Assembly (NCBI GenBank): GCA_013239625.1
Contig: MU053873.1
Span: 1,688,524-1,752,523 of the forward strand
DNA: 64,000 nt
Direction of reading: 5' to 3'
Origin: Lama guanicoe
Taxonomy: Eukaryota
Below the pieces are notes generated by a model that was not told where the DNA came from, did not search any database, and saw nothing but the letters and a program-made list of their open reading frames with translations. Both the position numbers and the translations under genes were made by a program. Below, in pieces: positions 12,586-25,154 of the stretch. Every line of letters starts with the position of its first letter. Within the stretch, counting starts at the first letter, position 1.

Positions 12586-14989
12586 ACATGACCTTTTCCT
12601 CACTGCTCTTTTCACTCAGCGCTGTCTGGTAAGCACGTTGATTTTGCATTGCTTTTACCCGCTGTCAGACTTGCTGAACTTGTCCCTGCACACTGATGCA
12701 GTGGTACGAGCCCAGCCCAGGTCTGCTGTAGGGTATCGCTCCAGACACTCACCGCACTCAAAGACAGGGACCTTCTCTTTGCTGTGGTAGAGGAGCACAA
12801 GGGGTGTTTTTTCAGCTATTCTGTTAAACTCTGGGTAACACGTTAGAGCTGAAAGTGGTCTTAGATTTTATGTAATCAAGCCCTTGAACACAAAAGTTAG
12901 ATGAAAGGATCTGGTTATTCAAAGCCAGTTGGGATTAGTCAGAGAGAGAGCCAGGAAGGAGAGTGGACGAGTTGGAAGCCACTACCCTCTCTGCTCTGTC
13001 TTCTGCAACAGCCTCATCTCATCCTTGATGTGGTCCGGACCTCCTCCTCCTCTTATTTGGGCCAAAGACAAACTCAAAGCCTGATTTTAAAATAAAATCC
13101 AAACGACTATTTGAAACCCTATATTTCAGCCGGAAGTGTTGGTTTTGCATTGTGTTTGGGGCAGATGGAAGCCAGCTGAAATGGCCCCAAAGCCAGGAGG
13201 GGCCTTTGGCACAGCCTCAGCCTGATATTTCCTTGTCTTCAAGTCAGTCCAAGCTACTCATTAGGAGGCCTCATTTCAGCAAGTGGTCTGCTGCCTGCGG
13301 GGCCATCCTGGGATCACCACAGCCTTCCCTTTAGTCCATCTTGTCATTCCTTCTCCACCTTCACCACATTTCTGGATCCTGGATGACAGCTGAGGAAACT
13401 AGCCTCCTTACTTTCTCTCTGGGAGGGCCAGATACTGAGCATATGTGCCCCTTATTCTCCTAAAGGGGTCCCTGTGCTGTTTTCCTGAGATCATCCCCTT
13501 TAATTGGGTGAATGTACAGGGGTTTGTTTAAGCCTTCCTTTGGCAAGCAAGCATCAGGATGCATTTACTTTTAAAAGAATTGTTTAATGTATTCTAAAAA
13601 CCTTAAAAACAAAGATGTCTACCAACTGGCATTGTTTTTTGCTCCATAGGGTGCCAATGAGCGCTTTCTTCAGGTAAAAACGCTCTCTAGAAGAGCCTGC
13701 CTCTTTCTTTCCTAGAAAATTTTGGCCCATCCTTACTTTTCTTTTCTCTAATCACTAAAAAATAAAAAAAGAAATGTAGCCACCACAGGAACTTCTTTCC
13801 TGGATTCCAAGGCCTATGGAGTACGTGCAGCTGAGGGCCGGTGACCTGGGAAACACTTCCAGGTGAAGCAGGAGAGACTAGTTCAGGATCTTAGGGATTC
13901 CATTTAATGGGCAACAGCATTTCTCCATTTAACATTGCTTCACAATTTGTGTTGTAAAAATAGCTCTGGAGAAATCTAAGCCATCATTACTGCTGGTCTT
14001 TAAATCTGGATGTTCCAGTATTCCATCCTGTGTTTCAATGACAGATCTCGCTGTGGTTTGTCACTTCTCACGACACACGCAGTAAATCCTGGATGCAGAG
14101 GTAGCGGTTCCCAACCCTATCCTACCTTGAATAGACACAACTTTTCTCTTTTGGTCTCTCAGCAGCCACTATTGAGCTATGCTTCAAGTTTTAAAAAATG
14201 AAAAACAGACCACCAGCAGAATGATTTGGATCTGTGTAGATTTTGTGCAGATGTCCAGTGGGAAAAGATAGGCCACCCTGATCCAGAGGGACAGAAGATT
14301 AAGACTCTGCCTCCCGCAGCTCACCGGGGCCTGGTTTGCCCGCCTGCGGCGACAGAAGCCATTTCAGTCTTCGCGTTTCTTTGTGACCAACATGCCTACA
14401 CAGCCACCGAGCTGTGCATTCTCTCTAGCACCAGCAGCTTTTATTCCTGCTCCCACCCTGTTGTAAACCTAGAAACAAATATTTAGCTGGCTGTGGAGTG
14501 CCATCTAGATGAGCACTTTCCCTCTGGGGGTCTGCTGCGCACACAGCGCGCCTGCCTGGTCCTTTCACGTTGCACAGGACATATAATATATTTACGTCTC
14601 GCGTAACCATAGAAACCTGTTGTGTCGGAGAAGACTTTATGATTTCGCTGCTCTCCAGAAAGAGATGAATAAAGCCACAGGGCAACCTGCCACCTCTTGT
14701 TTAGTTACTTTGTAATCGTTTAGCAATTAAGACTGCAGAACGTATTTACTATAATTTTCACATCTGCAGACATTTTATAGAGTATTGAATATACATAAGG
14801 AAATAAAAACACTTGAGACATTATTTTAGAAGACAACTCAGGTTCTTTTGGTATTACTTACATAATTTGTACTTTAGTAATTATTCTTAAAAATGGCCGG
14901 TCTTTTTTTTTTTTTTTTTCGTTCTGTGATAGAGTTTCCTTTAGGTAATCCCTAGCATGAGGAATGCATACATTTTGTTACAGGAGGAC

Positions 14990-15235
14990 TGTAGAAAGAA
15001 CACCAGTTTGGGAGTTGGGAAGAGTTGGAGGTGATGCCCAGTTTGAATCTGGGCTTTTCTCCTTACTGGTGGGGCTTCCTGGGGCAAGTGACAGAGTCTC
15101 ACAGAACTTTTAACAAAAACCTATGAAATGGGCATAATGATAGTATCTACTTTGATGGGTCATTGTGACCAAAGCAATAACATAGGGGAAATACCTGGAT
15201 ATGATAAAGGGTCACTATTGGCACTATTATCATTT
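14990..15235 (+). mobile_element. MIR SINE
   Basis: gtttgaatctgggc...ctggggcaagtgac...ctatgaaatgggcataatgatagtatctac. Confidence 0.7.
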
Positions 15236-15252
15236 CCCTTATTCTTAACTTT

Positions 15253-15393
15253 TATATTTTTTTTTTGTTGGGGGGGAGGTAGGTAATTTGGTTTATTTAT
15301 TTATTTATTTATTTTAATGTAGGTACCGGGGATTGAACCCAGGACCTCATGCATGCTGGGCATGCACTCTACCACTGAGCTATACCTTCCCCC
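15253..15393 (-). mobile_element. tRNA-derived SINE (camelid Vic-1-like), full length with TSD
   Basis: Minus strand reads GGGGGAAGGTATAGCTCAGTGGTAGAG...GGTTCAATCCCC..(AAAT)n..CCTCCCCCCCAAC-polyA. A box at 15372-15382, B box at 15329-15339. Direct repeat cttaacttt at 15244-15252 and 15394-15402. Confidence 0.88.
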
Positions 15394-15720
15394 CTTAACT
15401 TTCATGTCTTTTATCCAATATGGAATGTACCACAAGTCCATTCTGATGCTTGCAAAAGCATGTTTTGTTTAGCACATATATGGTACTTCATGCTCATCAA
15501 AACTTTACAAATATTTATTAATTATAAAACCCCCAAGAGGAGTACAAATTTCATCTCTTTTCCAATTAATTCTGCACCTTTCCATTTGGTAAATACATGT
15601 ATTTCAGGGCTTTTAATAGAGCAAGGAACCCCCTTGCCTCTTTTGTCTATGCCTTGGATTGTTTAAAGGAATTATCCACGATGTTGTTTTGTGGAAGCTC
15701 AAGTTAGCTGCTAGATGGCT

Positions 15721-15740
15721 TGGGCGACCCCTGCTGGCTG
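15721..15740 (-). promoter_or_regulatory. Candidate CTCF motif
   Basis: Reverse complement CAGCCAGCAGGGGTCGCCC has one core mismatch to CCASYAGRKGGCRS. Confidence 0.4.
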
Positions 15741-18700
15741 GCTGCAAAATCAGGGGTGCCCAGCCAGCTGAAAGCTGCACCCTCACCCCCAGCCCTTTAT
15801 GAATTAGCTGTGGACTGTGCGGACTGTGGGTGGTAGGGTATAATCATGGCTGCGAAGGCATGGAGTTTACTCTTATTGTTATTATTTTCTTTATTATTGT
15901 TATTTAAATGGAGGTATTAGAATGCAGGGGACGTTTTCCACTAGCTAATAACCATTTAAGTTGCATTTGGGGGCTTTCACGACTTGACAACAGCTTTTCA
16001 AAATCTCGAGCTGTTAGACCCCCTACCGGGTTAATGTGGCAGAAAAAGACAAGAACGACACCAGCCAGCAGCTTTTTGTACCGTGCGGTGTCGCAAGCAT
16101 CTGGAATAGAGGAGGGCACGGATCCTTGTAGAAAATCCAATTAGAGGGAGGAGGAAATATGCTTTGCTGAGAGAGGGAGAGAGAGAACAGGTTCTTCCCT
16201 AGAGGTAAAAGACTTCAATATTAACAAAGCAAAATCCTCTATCACTTTGACTTGTTTCAGAAAACCAGTGTTTCTGGATATCTCCTCAGGAAACCAACAC
16301 TGCAAGTGAGCAGGGGACTGTTTCTATCCAAAGTTCAATTTAAACAGTAACAAACATGATTATGACTATTCAGAGATGGTCACAGAGATTGGGGAAATCA
16401 GAGACTTTTCACAATTCCTTTTAGAAGCACTGAGACACCTTCCCCCTCAACTCATTTCTCTGTTTAAATGAAACTGTCTTAACAAAGGATCTAGGGAATG
16501 GGGAGTGGTTTTAGAAGTCACCCCTCCCCTGCTTTTAGGGACTATGCCCCACACAAAAACTAACTCCCCTCCCATGGCCTTTGCCCAGTGTTTAGTCAGG
16601 CCTCGGCCTTCTCTCTGCACTGCTCCCTTATCCAGACCAAGCAGACTTGTTTGGTAGCTCTTGGTGACATTATTTGTATAGAAATTTCAAGTGCGTGCAA
16701 TTTACCTAGATTTAGAGGAATATAAATAAAACTCCCACGTAGCTCCTCCAGCTTTTCCTCATTAAGGGGACCAGGTTGTGCTGGAAAATGCATTTTCATT
16801 ATGACGCATCAGGGCTGGCTGCATTCATAACAGCTCTGAGTGAGGGCTTCTCAGTGTCGCCCTTAGGGCTGGCTGCAGGACTCCCGTTACAAGCAGACAC
16901 AGTAGGAGCTTTGCTATAATATTCTCATTTCTTTTCCATTTGTTAAAGGGGTCCTTTGGCTTTTTAATATAATTTGTATTGGTGCCGTTGTAAGAAACAG
17001 ACGTCTTTAAGGACCGACTAGAGCAGGTGTCTCTTCGCAACTGGTGGAAGGTGTGCCCACTCCGCGCTCTCTGTCATGCTGTCTGTCCCTCCATGTGTAA
17101 GTGCTCCTGGGTGATGTGTCACGTGTTCATCATGTGTGCATGTGCTCCTGCCACAGACCTTCTTGGCTCTTAGTGGACAAGGGAAATGGACCTCATGGCG
17201 ATCTCTGAAAACCATTTTCAGTTATAGTAGCCTGTGTTATCCACAAGACATAGGAGCCAATGAAATTAAAAACCATGCATAGCAAATGGGAGCTGCCGCT
17301 GCTGAGAGGCTGAGTTAAGGGAACCACCTCTGTGAACTTCGGGTTCCTCAGCCTCTGATCGCCCCCGCAGAGGACGTGTCCTGGAACCAGCAACTTCTGA
17401 GCCCTTAGCACATGTAACGGTGGTGTGGGAAGGCACAGGCCTGAACTCAAGGCCGCCTGGTACTGGGCCCAGTTCTGCTGCTTGTTACCCAGGGGCCTTG
17501 GGCAAGTACCTGCACTCTTCCGAGTCTCCCTCAAAGCATCTTCAACAAAGACAGGGCACTCCACCTCCCGGCTGGGCCACAAGGGTTAATGCAAGAGGCC
17601 TTCAGCTCTTACTGACGTGCCCTGGCTCTGTTGCCCTTTGGGTTGAGAATTGGGTGCCTACAGATGGGGATGGGTTCCTTATTTCAGATGCCCAGGGAAG
17701 GGCCCAGAGCTCCTCGCCCAAGAGAATGTGTTGTCTGCACACACCCTCGCTCACCTCATACGACACACCCACCACACACACAGCTGTCACGGGACATGAG
17801 CACTCACACAGTGACATGCTCATCAGGTAGATCATAAGTCCACTAAATTCCTCTTGCCACTAACCTGAGCGTGGTCATCTACAGTAGTCGGGGTGTGTCC
17901 TGCTATGGCCAAGGGAAGGACATGCCGCTCGCCTGGGCTGCTTTGTGCAGGAATCCTGCTGAGCGTTGGGGCAGGCCTGCCTTGCCTGCTGCTCACTCAC
18001 CGCTATTGCAAGGGGTGGAGGGAGGGTAGGTGAGAAAACAGGACTGTTCAGGCTTGGCCAGGCGGCCTTGGAACTTTGGGTCTGACATGTGGTTAAAGTG
18101 GAATCTTGCTCTTCATGGGCCCTTTGTAGGCTCTTTGGAGGTGCCCTGCAGCTTGCTGGACCTGCACAGATGACCTGTAGTCCTCCGTCTTTCTTCTGCA
18201 GACTCCCTTCAGACACCCTCTCAGGCCTCGGATTGGTGGTGCACCCCCTCTGGCCTCTCCAGGTGGCCTTGTTGGACAGAAGCTGAGATGAGTTATGCTC
18301 ACAGTGCGGACGTGGTAGCAGGAAGCGCTCTTGCATTTCTGACCCCGGCAAACTAGCAGTGCAGGCTGGTCCCTCCCCAGACAAGCAGGGACAGGGTGGG
18401 ACAGTGAGACCCCAGCCAGCAGGGCATAGGCTCCAGTTCCTCCAGCCTCTCTCCCAACTTCAGGTGTGCACTTCCACGCTCTCTGAGTGGTTCCCACGAA
18501 AACCTTCAGCAGGCCTGAGTAGGAGGGGTGCCCTCGCTCCCTGCCCAAATGGGCACGATGGGGACTCACTCACTGTGTTTCCACTCCTCTCTCCAAAGAC
18601 TCTTCTTACCAGACTCCTCTCTGGGCCCTCTTGACCCTGATCTGGCTGGGGACCCAAGAGTCCTGGGACAGGTTCGCAGAATCATTTCTTGTGTGCAGCT

Positions 18701-18795
18701 GCACGTGGGCAGCTGAAGCCAAGCGCCCGCCCCTTAGTGGCTGCTGCTCACTGTCCTGACCTCTCAGGTAAAGAGGTCTCATTCTGACACTGTGT

Positions 18796-18796
18796 C

Positions 18797-18827
<31 letters not shown>
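18796..18827. repeat. (CA)n microsatellite
   Basis: About 13 perfect CA units followed by an imperfect tail. Confidence 0.95.
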
Positions 18828-19225
18828 AGTCCATTACAGGCTTCTCTATCTGCACGACGGGAGCAGTGTTCACTTGGTACGGGGACAGAGGGGCTTTTTC
18901 GTCCTCACTTGTTAGCTTTTTAACCAATTTAAATATTTACTACAAGTGTATTTTACTTCTAAAATTAAAAGAAAGTTAAGATTGCCACCATACTATTTTT
19001 TTTTTCTAGCTTTTGGTATTTTCGCCATGGAAAGCACACATTGCTGCTAAATATTGGTATGGCTAACAGTTTCATTAAGTGTAATAACACAGTGATTACT
19101 TTATACAGCCTGACTTTTCACCTACGCTCTTGTTTGGTGCTCAGAGCAATTCTGCATAGTTGGGGTGACATTCTTTCCTGGACGTACTGGGCTTGTGACT
19201 GTGTGTGTCTGCTTCTCATGCATCA

Positions 19226-19253
19226 AACACACACACACACACACACATACACA
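19226..19253. repeat. (CA)n microsatellite
   Basis: acacacacacacacacacacatacacac read directly. Confidence 0.9.
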
Positions 19254-22200
19254 CGTATTCACAGAATTGGAAGGAGAGAAGATTCCATTGCCTGCCGGGT
19301 TCCACTGGTGCTGTACTCCCATCGTTTCATCAGCCTGTCGTTATTCCCACTTTATCCACAAAGAAGAGAGGTTGGCTTGCCCTGGTGACAGGTAGTGACC
19401 AGGAGGGTGAGAGTCAAACCTGGGTCCCCCGACCATGGGGCTTTGGCTCTTTACACTACAATACATGGAGGCTGAATGGGTCTTTATCGACGTGATGAAG
19501 CCAAATCGATGGTAGAGAGGTTTCCAGAGCCACATCGTCAGGGGAGCACTCGCCGGCACTTTCTCATCAAAGATTTCAAAAATGAGAGACCAAGTAATGG
19601 GGCCTTCGAATCGATGACAGCCTTTCCATCCTCGTGCACACAGGCTATTGAGCTGGTGGACGTGAAACATTCTCATTTGTTTGATCACTGTGTTTACTGA
19701 AGGAGGAAAACCTAGGGAAAAAAGCTGCCAGTTCCTCCTCTTAAGTACAGACTAGGTAATTCCAGGCCATGAGATAAGCGGTATTCACAAAGTGCTTCTG
19801 AATTAAAACTGCACAACTGTTCTGGATCCTAAAGGCTGGAGGCTTTTTTGTTTTTAATTCAAATGATCATCTTAAGAAGGCATTTCAGAAGAGGACTTTT
19901 AATATCAGTTTAAGAACTGCAGCGCATATTAGAACTTATTGATCATATGTGTGTGAAGGTGTGTGTGTGTATAGATTCCTGGCAGGTAAATATAATCATT
20001 TGTCTTCAGACCAACAGAAGGTTTGTTCTGTAAATAATAGCTGTTAGGAAATAGTGTGGATTACAATCTTGAGATGATACAGAGAAAAGCAATTTCTAGA
20101 GTGGTATACAGGAACAGGGAGTTAAGTCTAGTTTCATCCGAATATAAGCATTTCCAGAGACATGAGTGGATGACAGTGACTTTGACCTTTGGATAAGCAG
20201 CAGCAGCTCCCCTGGGCGGCGCTGATAGTGCGTGCTGCAGGGGCCACACCAACGCTGTGGATTTGGCCCCAGAGTCTGTGCTTGCTGTGCGTCCCCTCTG
20301 CCGTGAAGTCTGGATGTGAGATGTGGACTCCTTGGGGAGGGTTTTCTGAGAATTGCTGTCACGTTGTTCCGTCCCCTGGGTGATTCTAGCACGTCTCTCT
20401 CTGGTGTGCAGCTTGCACTCTCCCTACCCTCTGACCACTTGCTGGCCTAGTCTTCTGTGCGCCCCATGATTTGGAACGATGCCAGAGCCACTTGGGTGGC
20501 TGGGTCACCGGCTCTCTGCGGTGAGGCCACGCAGGTCTCCAAGGATACCTCTCAACCCCGCTCTTCCTCCCCCCCCCACAGCAATCCTCTCAAAAGTTTG
20601 CTTAAACCAAAAAGCGGGGTTTGCAGTAAGGCTGGGGGGGACAGGGAGTCCCTTGAAATCCAAGGCAAGCTCAGAGTGGGAGAGGAAAGCTTGGGGGAGC
20701 CGTGGGCTGCACAGGGCAGTCTGGTCCCCGCACTGCGCAGCCACTTCCTGGTTGGGTCAGCTGGAGCGTCCTAATGCTCCTGGCTTCTAGTCCCCAAGTG
20801 GGAGAAGGGACACACTGAACAGCTCCTTTGCCCACAGGAAGTCACCCTCAGCTTTCCCTGAATTCCAGTGCACGGGTTCTAGGGAGAGGAATCTGGCCCA
20901 CTTAGGGCAGTTGTCCACCTGGTCCAGGCAGCAGTGGGAGTCATCAGGTATAAACTTGGCACTAGGAACTCAGCCCTGTGGACCAGGGACGCAATTTCTA
21001 GAATCAGAATTGTTACGACCGGGGGAGATGCCCCAAAGCTGTCTACTACACCACCGCCTTCTTTCATCCTGAAGTTACAGCCTGTTTTCCTGCTTGAAAG
21101 CCTCACATCAGCACCTCTGCTTCTTGGTTCTTCTCCAATATGAGACGATCATGAGCTAAGAGCATCTTCTCCAGCAGCTCCTTCCCTTGCTGTCCCTGAA
21201 AGTAAGTCACAGGCTCTTCATCTTAAAGTTTTACTTATAATCACTATGAAAAAGCAGACAGGGACTAGCAAGCAATTCACATGGGAAAATTTCAAAGGTC
21301 TCAGAAATGTTAAGTTCCCAAAGTCTCACGTCTTTAGTTTCTGAGACTCTTGCTAAGTGGCTTCTGGGATAAATGGGTTTTTTCGGCTGTTGACTGACTG
21401 GTCAATAATGCCCATGGTCCCTGTCCCCCGTGCGTCTTTTCATGTGTTCAAGACATTCTCTGCCACCTGGCTCTGGACTCCTGTAACACAGGAGCTAGCA
21501 CAGCCAGACCTGGTCTCCTTATCAGGAAGCCCAAATGATTATAGGCAGTGGGCTGTGAATGAACTAACTCTTACCTCCTTAAGGTTTTTTAACTGTAAAG
21601 AGGTCTTTGCTTTGAAAGAAGGGGCATTTCTTGCTCTTGATCTGATTCCATCAGGCATGGGACTAGCGGGAGAGGAGCTGCATCATCTACCTGCACACCA
21701 GAAACTGAAGGTGGGGTTTGTCACCCATGTTTCTAGCTTCAGGTTTGCAAGTGGTTGGTCTTTGGCAAGTAACTGGTTATCAGTGCAAAGGAAGCCTAGG
21801 GAAGGGGGTGGGGGACGATGGAATGAGTTAAAAAAAGGGATGTTGAGACATAAATTAAAGTGTGCTTGCGTAGAGCTTCAGTCACAACTGTCAGAGGGTT
21901 GACAGAGAGTGTGTACTTGGAGCGATCAGGAGGCCATGCTTGCAAATGAAAATCCTCTCTGGAGCCTCTTGCCAAGCCCTGTCCCCGAGAACAGGATAGC
22001 TCTGGCACAGCTCTGTGGCGCTTGATTCATGGGCCATTTCCGTCTCGGGGGAAAGCTGCCTGCGAATAGCATTTTGGAGCCTGCCCCTGTGACGGCGTGA
22101 TTTATGTTCCCCAGAGCAGAGGGGAGCTGGGCTGCTCACAGGGTCCCGGGAGCAGATGCTAGCTGGGCGACGGGTGCCTCAGAGAAGCCGCTGCCCCTGC

Positions 22201-22346
22201 AGGACTCCGGCTCCCCTCCCAGCCCCTCACCAGGACCCGTGCCACTGTCCTGCACCTAGACCAGCTGTGCTGACTTTAACCTCTGCCCTCACTGTTCTCC
22301 ATGACTGACATGATCCAAACCGCAGCCTTCTACCCAACCCCACGCC

Positions 22347-22745
22347 GGGGATATATGCCCAGAAGTGGGATTGCTGCATCATATAGTAAGTCTATTTTTA
22401 GTTTTTTAAGGAACCTCCCAATTTACATTCCAGACAACAGTGTAGGAGGGTTCCCTTTTCTCCACACCCTCTCCAGCATTTATTATTTGTAGACTTTTTA
22501 ATGATAGCCATTCTGACTGATATGTGGTGATATCTCATTGTAGTTTTGATTTGCATTTCTCTGATAGTTAGCAATATTGAACATCTTTTCATATGCCTGT
22601 TGGCCATCTGGATGTCTCCTTTGGAGAAATGTCTATTTAGGTCTTCTGCCCATTTTTTTGATTGAGTTTTTTTTTTGATATTAAGCTGTATGAGCTATTT
22701 GTATATTTTGGAAATTAGTCCCTTGTCAGTGGCATTTTCTACAAA
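22347..22745 (-). mobile_element. L1 ORF2 C-terminal fragment, relatively young, truncated at both ends
   Basis: ORF 22398..22607 ([23 protein letters not shown]....[25 protein letters not shown]) is the L1 ORF2p Cys-rich region. Confidence 0.93.
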
Positions 22746-23199
22746 GACAGTCATGTCTTTTCTTCCTCACACAGGATGGTCTGTGGCCTGGAATGTGAGA
22801 ACAGAGATGAGAGAGTAGGAAAAATGGGGGATTTTCTCTATTCTCTCTGAGCCAGGAATAGAGGACTCCTCCTGGAGCCCTGTTCACATCGTGCCTACCT
22901 CTGCATCTGGGGATTGCAGAGAGCCCTGTCTGACAGATTCCAGGGGGACAAAAATGTACAGCTCACTACTGATTTGGTGGCACTTTGAATTCTAGTCTTC
23001 TTCGCCATCTGCCTGGGTATTATGTACTCTTCCCATCCCTCACATAGCTGCTCCATGCAGTCCCTCCAGCGTCCATAGCTGTGTGCAGTGGGAAGGATGG
23101 GGGCGTGTGCTTACTCCATTTTCACCTGGAACCAGAGCCTGGTGTAGCAGGATATGTGTAAGAAATAGTTAATAACATTTGTTGAGTGAATAGATGAAT

Positions 23200-24450
23200 G
23201 CGACATCGAACAGTTGGTCCCAGCCTCTCTCCTCAGCACCAGACTTGGATTTCTCATAGTCTCCAGCCCTTCTGGAAGGAAGAACATCTAAATAATTGAA
23301 TCAGTGTCTGCATACCGACTACCCGTCCTGTCTGCATGTTCAGCATGTCCAAACCAAACCCACTCCTCTTCCATTTAAGACCAGCTTCTACTTGTAGTTT
23401 CTCTGTTTGCCACCAGTGGCCCATCTGCCGTAAATTAACTGCTACTTGTCTTTCACTCTCTCCCTTCAATGAGTTTCAGGCAAATAAGTTCTCTGTTTGG
23501 TAATATTTCTCCTGTTAGTTCTCACTTTTTCACTTTCAGCCTTGCACCCTAGTTCGCACGTCTAGGCGAATAGGATAGCTGGCCCAAGCACAGGACAAGC
23601 CAGAGCCATTGTTGGTGACAGTAGCAAGCAAAAACTGAGGAGGAACCAGGAAGGTGCGGTACAGCCAGGTTGGTCTGTAAGGAGACGGGGGATGGGAGCC
23701 AGCGGCAGAGAAGGGAGCCAGTCTCCCGATCTCGGAGCCCACAGGCTTGCGGAGAGCTTGTCTCACCTGGTGTGTTGAGCCGCAGGCACGTTAACACAAC
23801 AGTAACTCCCAAGAACGGGGCTTCTAGGAGGTGTGAGGAGCCACTCAGTCCCCATCGCCTTGACCCTGGGCCTTTTGGGATGCTCTGAGCAGGCGCTGGT
23901 AATAGCCACCTGACTTTCTCCCCCTCCCTGTGAAATCTGCATTCTCCACTCTGAGCCAGTTGACTGTCTCAGACAGCAGCCCCGAGCCCACCACCCCCTG
24001 TGCAGAGAGGTCTGGAGTGACGGCTCTCGACTGCCTTCTGCGTTCCAGTCTCCACCATTCACTCCTCCTTCCCTCCTCCTCTCATGCTTTGCTCCAGCTC
24101 CACTGGGCTGGGCCCTGGAGAGCCCCACCCTGTCTCACCTCCACGCCTCTGCTTATGTTGGTCCGTCTCCCCACTTCCGCCCCAGATCCCAGTCTCTACC
24201 TGTCAAAGTTGTGTCCTTCCAAATGCCTCTCAGATGCAGCTAATTCCAGGAAGGCCTTTATACCCTCCTGATCTTGGTTATAGGCTGATGCCCTGTTTGC
24301 CTCCTTCTTAATCCACCCTGGCCAGTAGTCACTACTGGTCTGTGTGTGCCTTGAAGGCAGGTGTAATGTGACTCCCTTCTGTTCAGCCTCCGTGGTTCTT
24401 GCACACAGGTCCCACTCAGTGATCATTGCTGAATCAAAGTGAATGGAATC
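23200..24450 (+). mobile_element. L2 fragments, interrupted at ~23470-23930 by unassigned sequence
   Basis: cccagcctctctcctcagcaccagac, cagcatgtccaaaccaaac, tgctccagctccactgg, ccttgaaggcagg...tgctgaat..tgaatgg are L2 hallmarks. Confidence 0.6.
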
Positions 24451-25154
24451 AGACCCAATGATGCGCCATCTCTAGCAAATCTCTCAGAGAGATGAGGGGT
24501 TGTGACTGTGCTGTGACGACCACTGATGGCCAGGCCCTCCTGGGATTCCTGCTGTAGAGATGAGGCTTGTCTTGTAAGTGGGAGAGTCCCTTATCTGTGA
24601 CATCGCCTGTTTGTTTCCCCTCAGTGTTAATACTGCGAAGGGTCAGGAAGTAGGAAACAACCCCGTCAAGCATGAGATTCTGGGGCTCAGTCGCAGCTGC
24701 CAGCAGTGGAGCCACTAGGTAATGGAGGCCAATACCGGTTCCAGCCAATTCTTCTCCCGTTTGCAAAGCGCCAAGTGACAAGCAGATTTCTCAGCTCCAA
24801 GCGGGCTGTCATTTTCAGATGATAAATGTGTCCTTGGACAGAAGAGCTTGCTGAGTGATATTTACCAGGGTCTCTAATGAAAGGCCCTCAGCTCCCAAGG
24901 GAGCATTTCAAGCCTTCAGCTGCTTGCCTGGTCGACTGGCGCTTGCAGGGCAGTGAGAGGATGAGCCTTCATTCCTGCTCTCCAGCAGGGTGGGAGCCCT
25001 GGTGATTTGTTTAGGTGCTTGGAAGTTTCCTGGTTTCTCTGGCTTCCTGTCCTCATCCCCTCCCTCCCCTAGTCAAACTCCAGCAAAGACAGACTTGGAA
25101 AGTGTGAGACACTTTGAACCTTAGATGGGGGGACGGGGAGTCAGTGCCACACCC

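Noticed and set aside
15320..15393. tRNA-like sequence with A and B boxes
   Set aside because: Followed by an (AAAT)n linker and poly(A) and flanked by a TSD, so it is a SINE head and not a tRNA gene.
19492..19700. GTGATGA...CTGA (also at 30065-30131 and 40514-40560)
   Set aside because: No closing stems, atypical lengths, and no recognisable rRNA guide sequence.
22780..23140. Possible MLT1 LTR fragment
   Set aside because: Only the end (ccattttcacctggaaccag) looks familiar; not enough to call without a repeat search.
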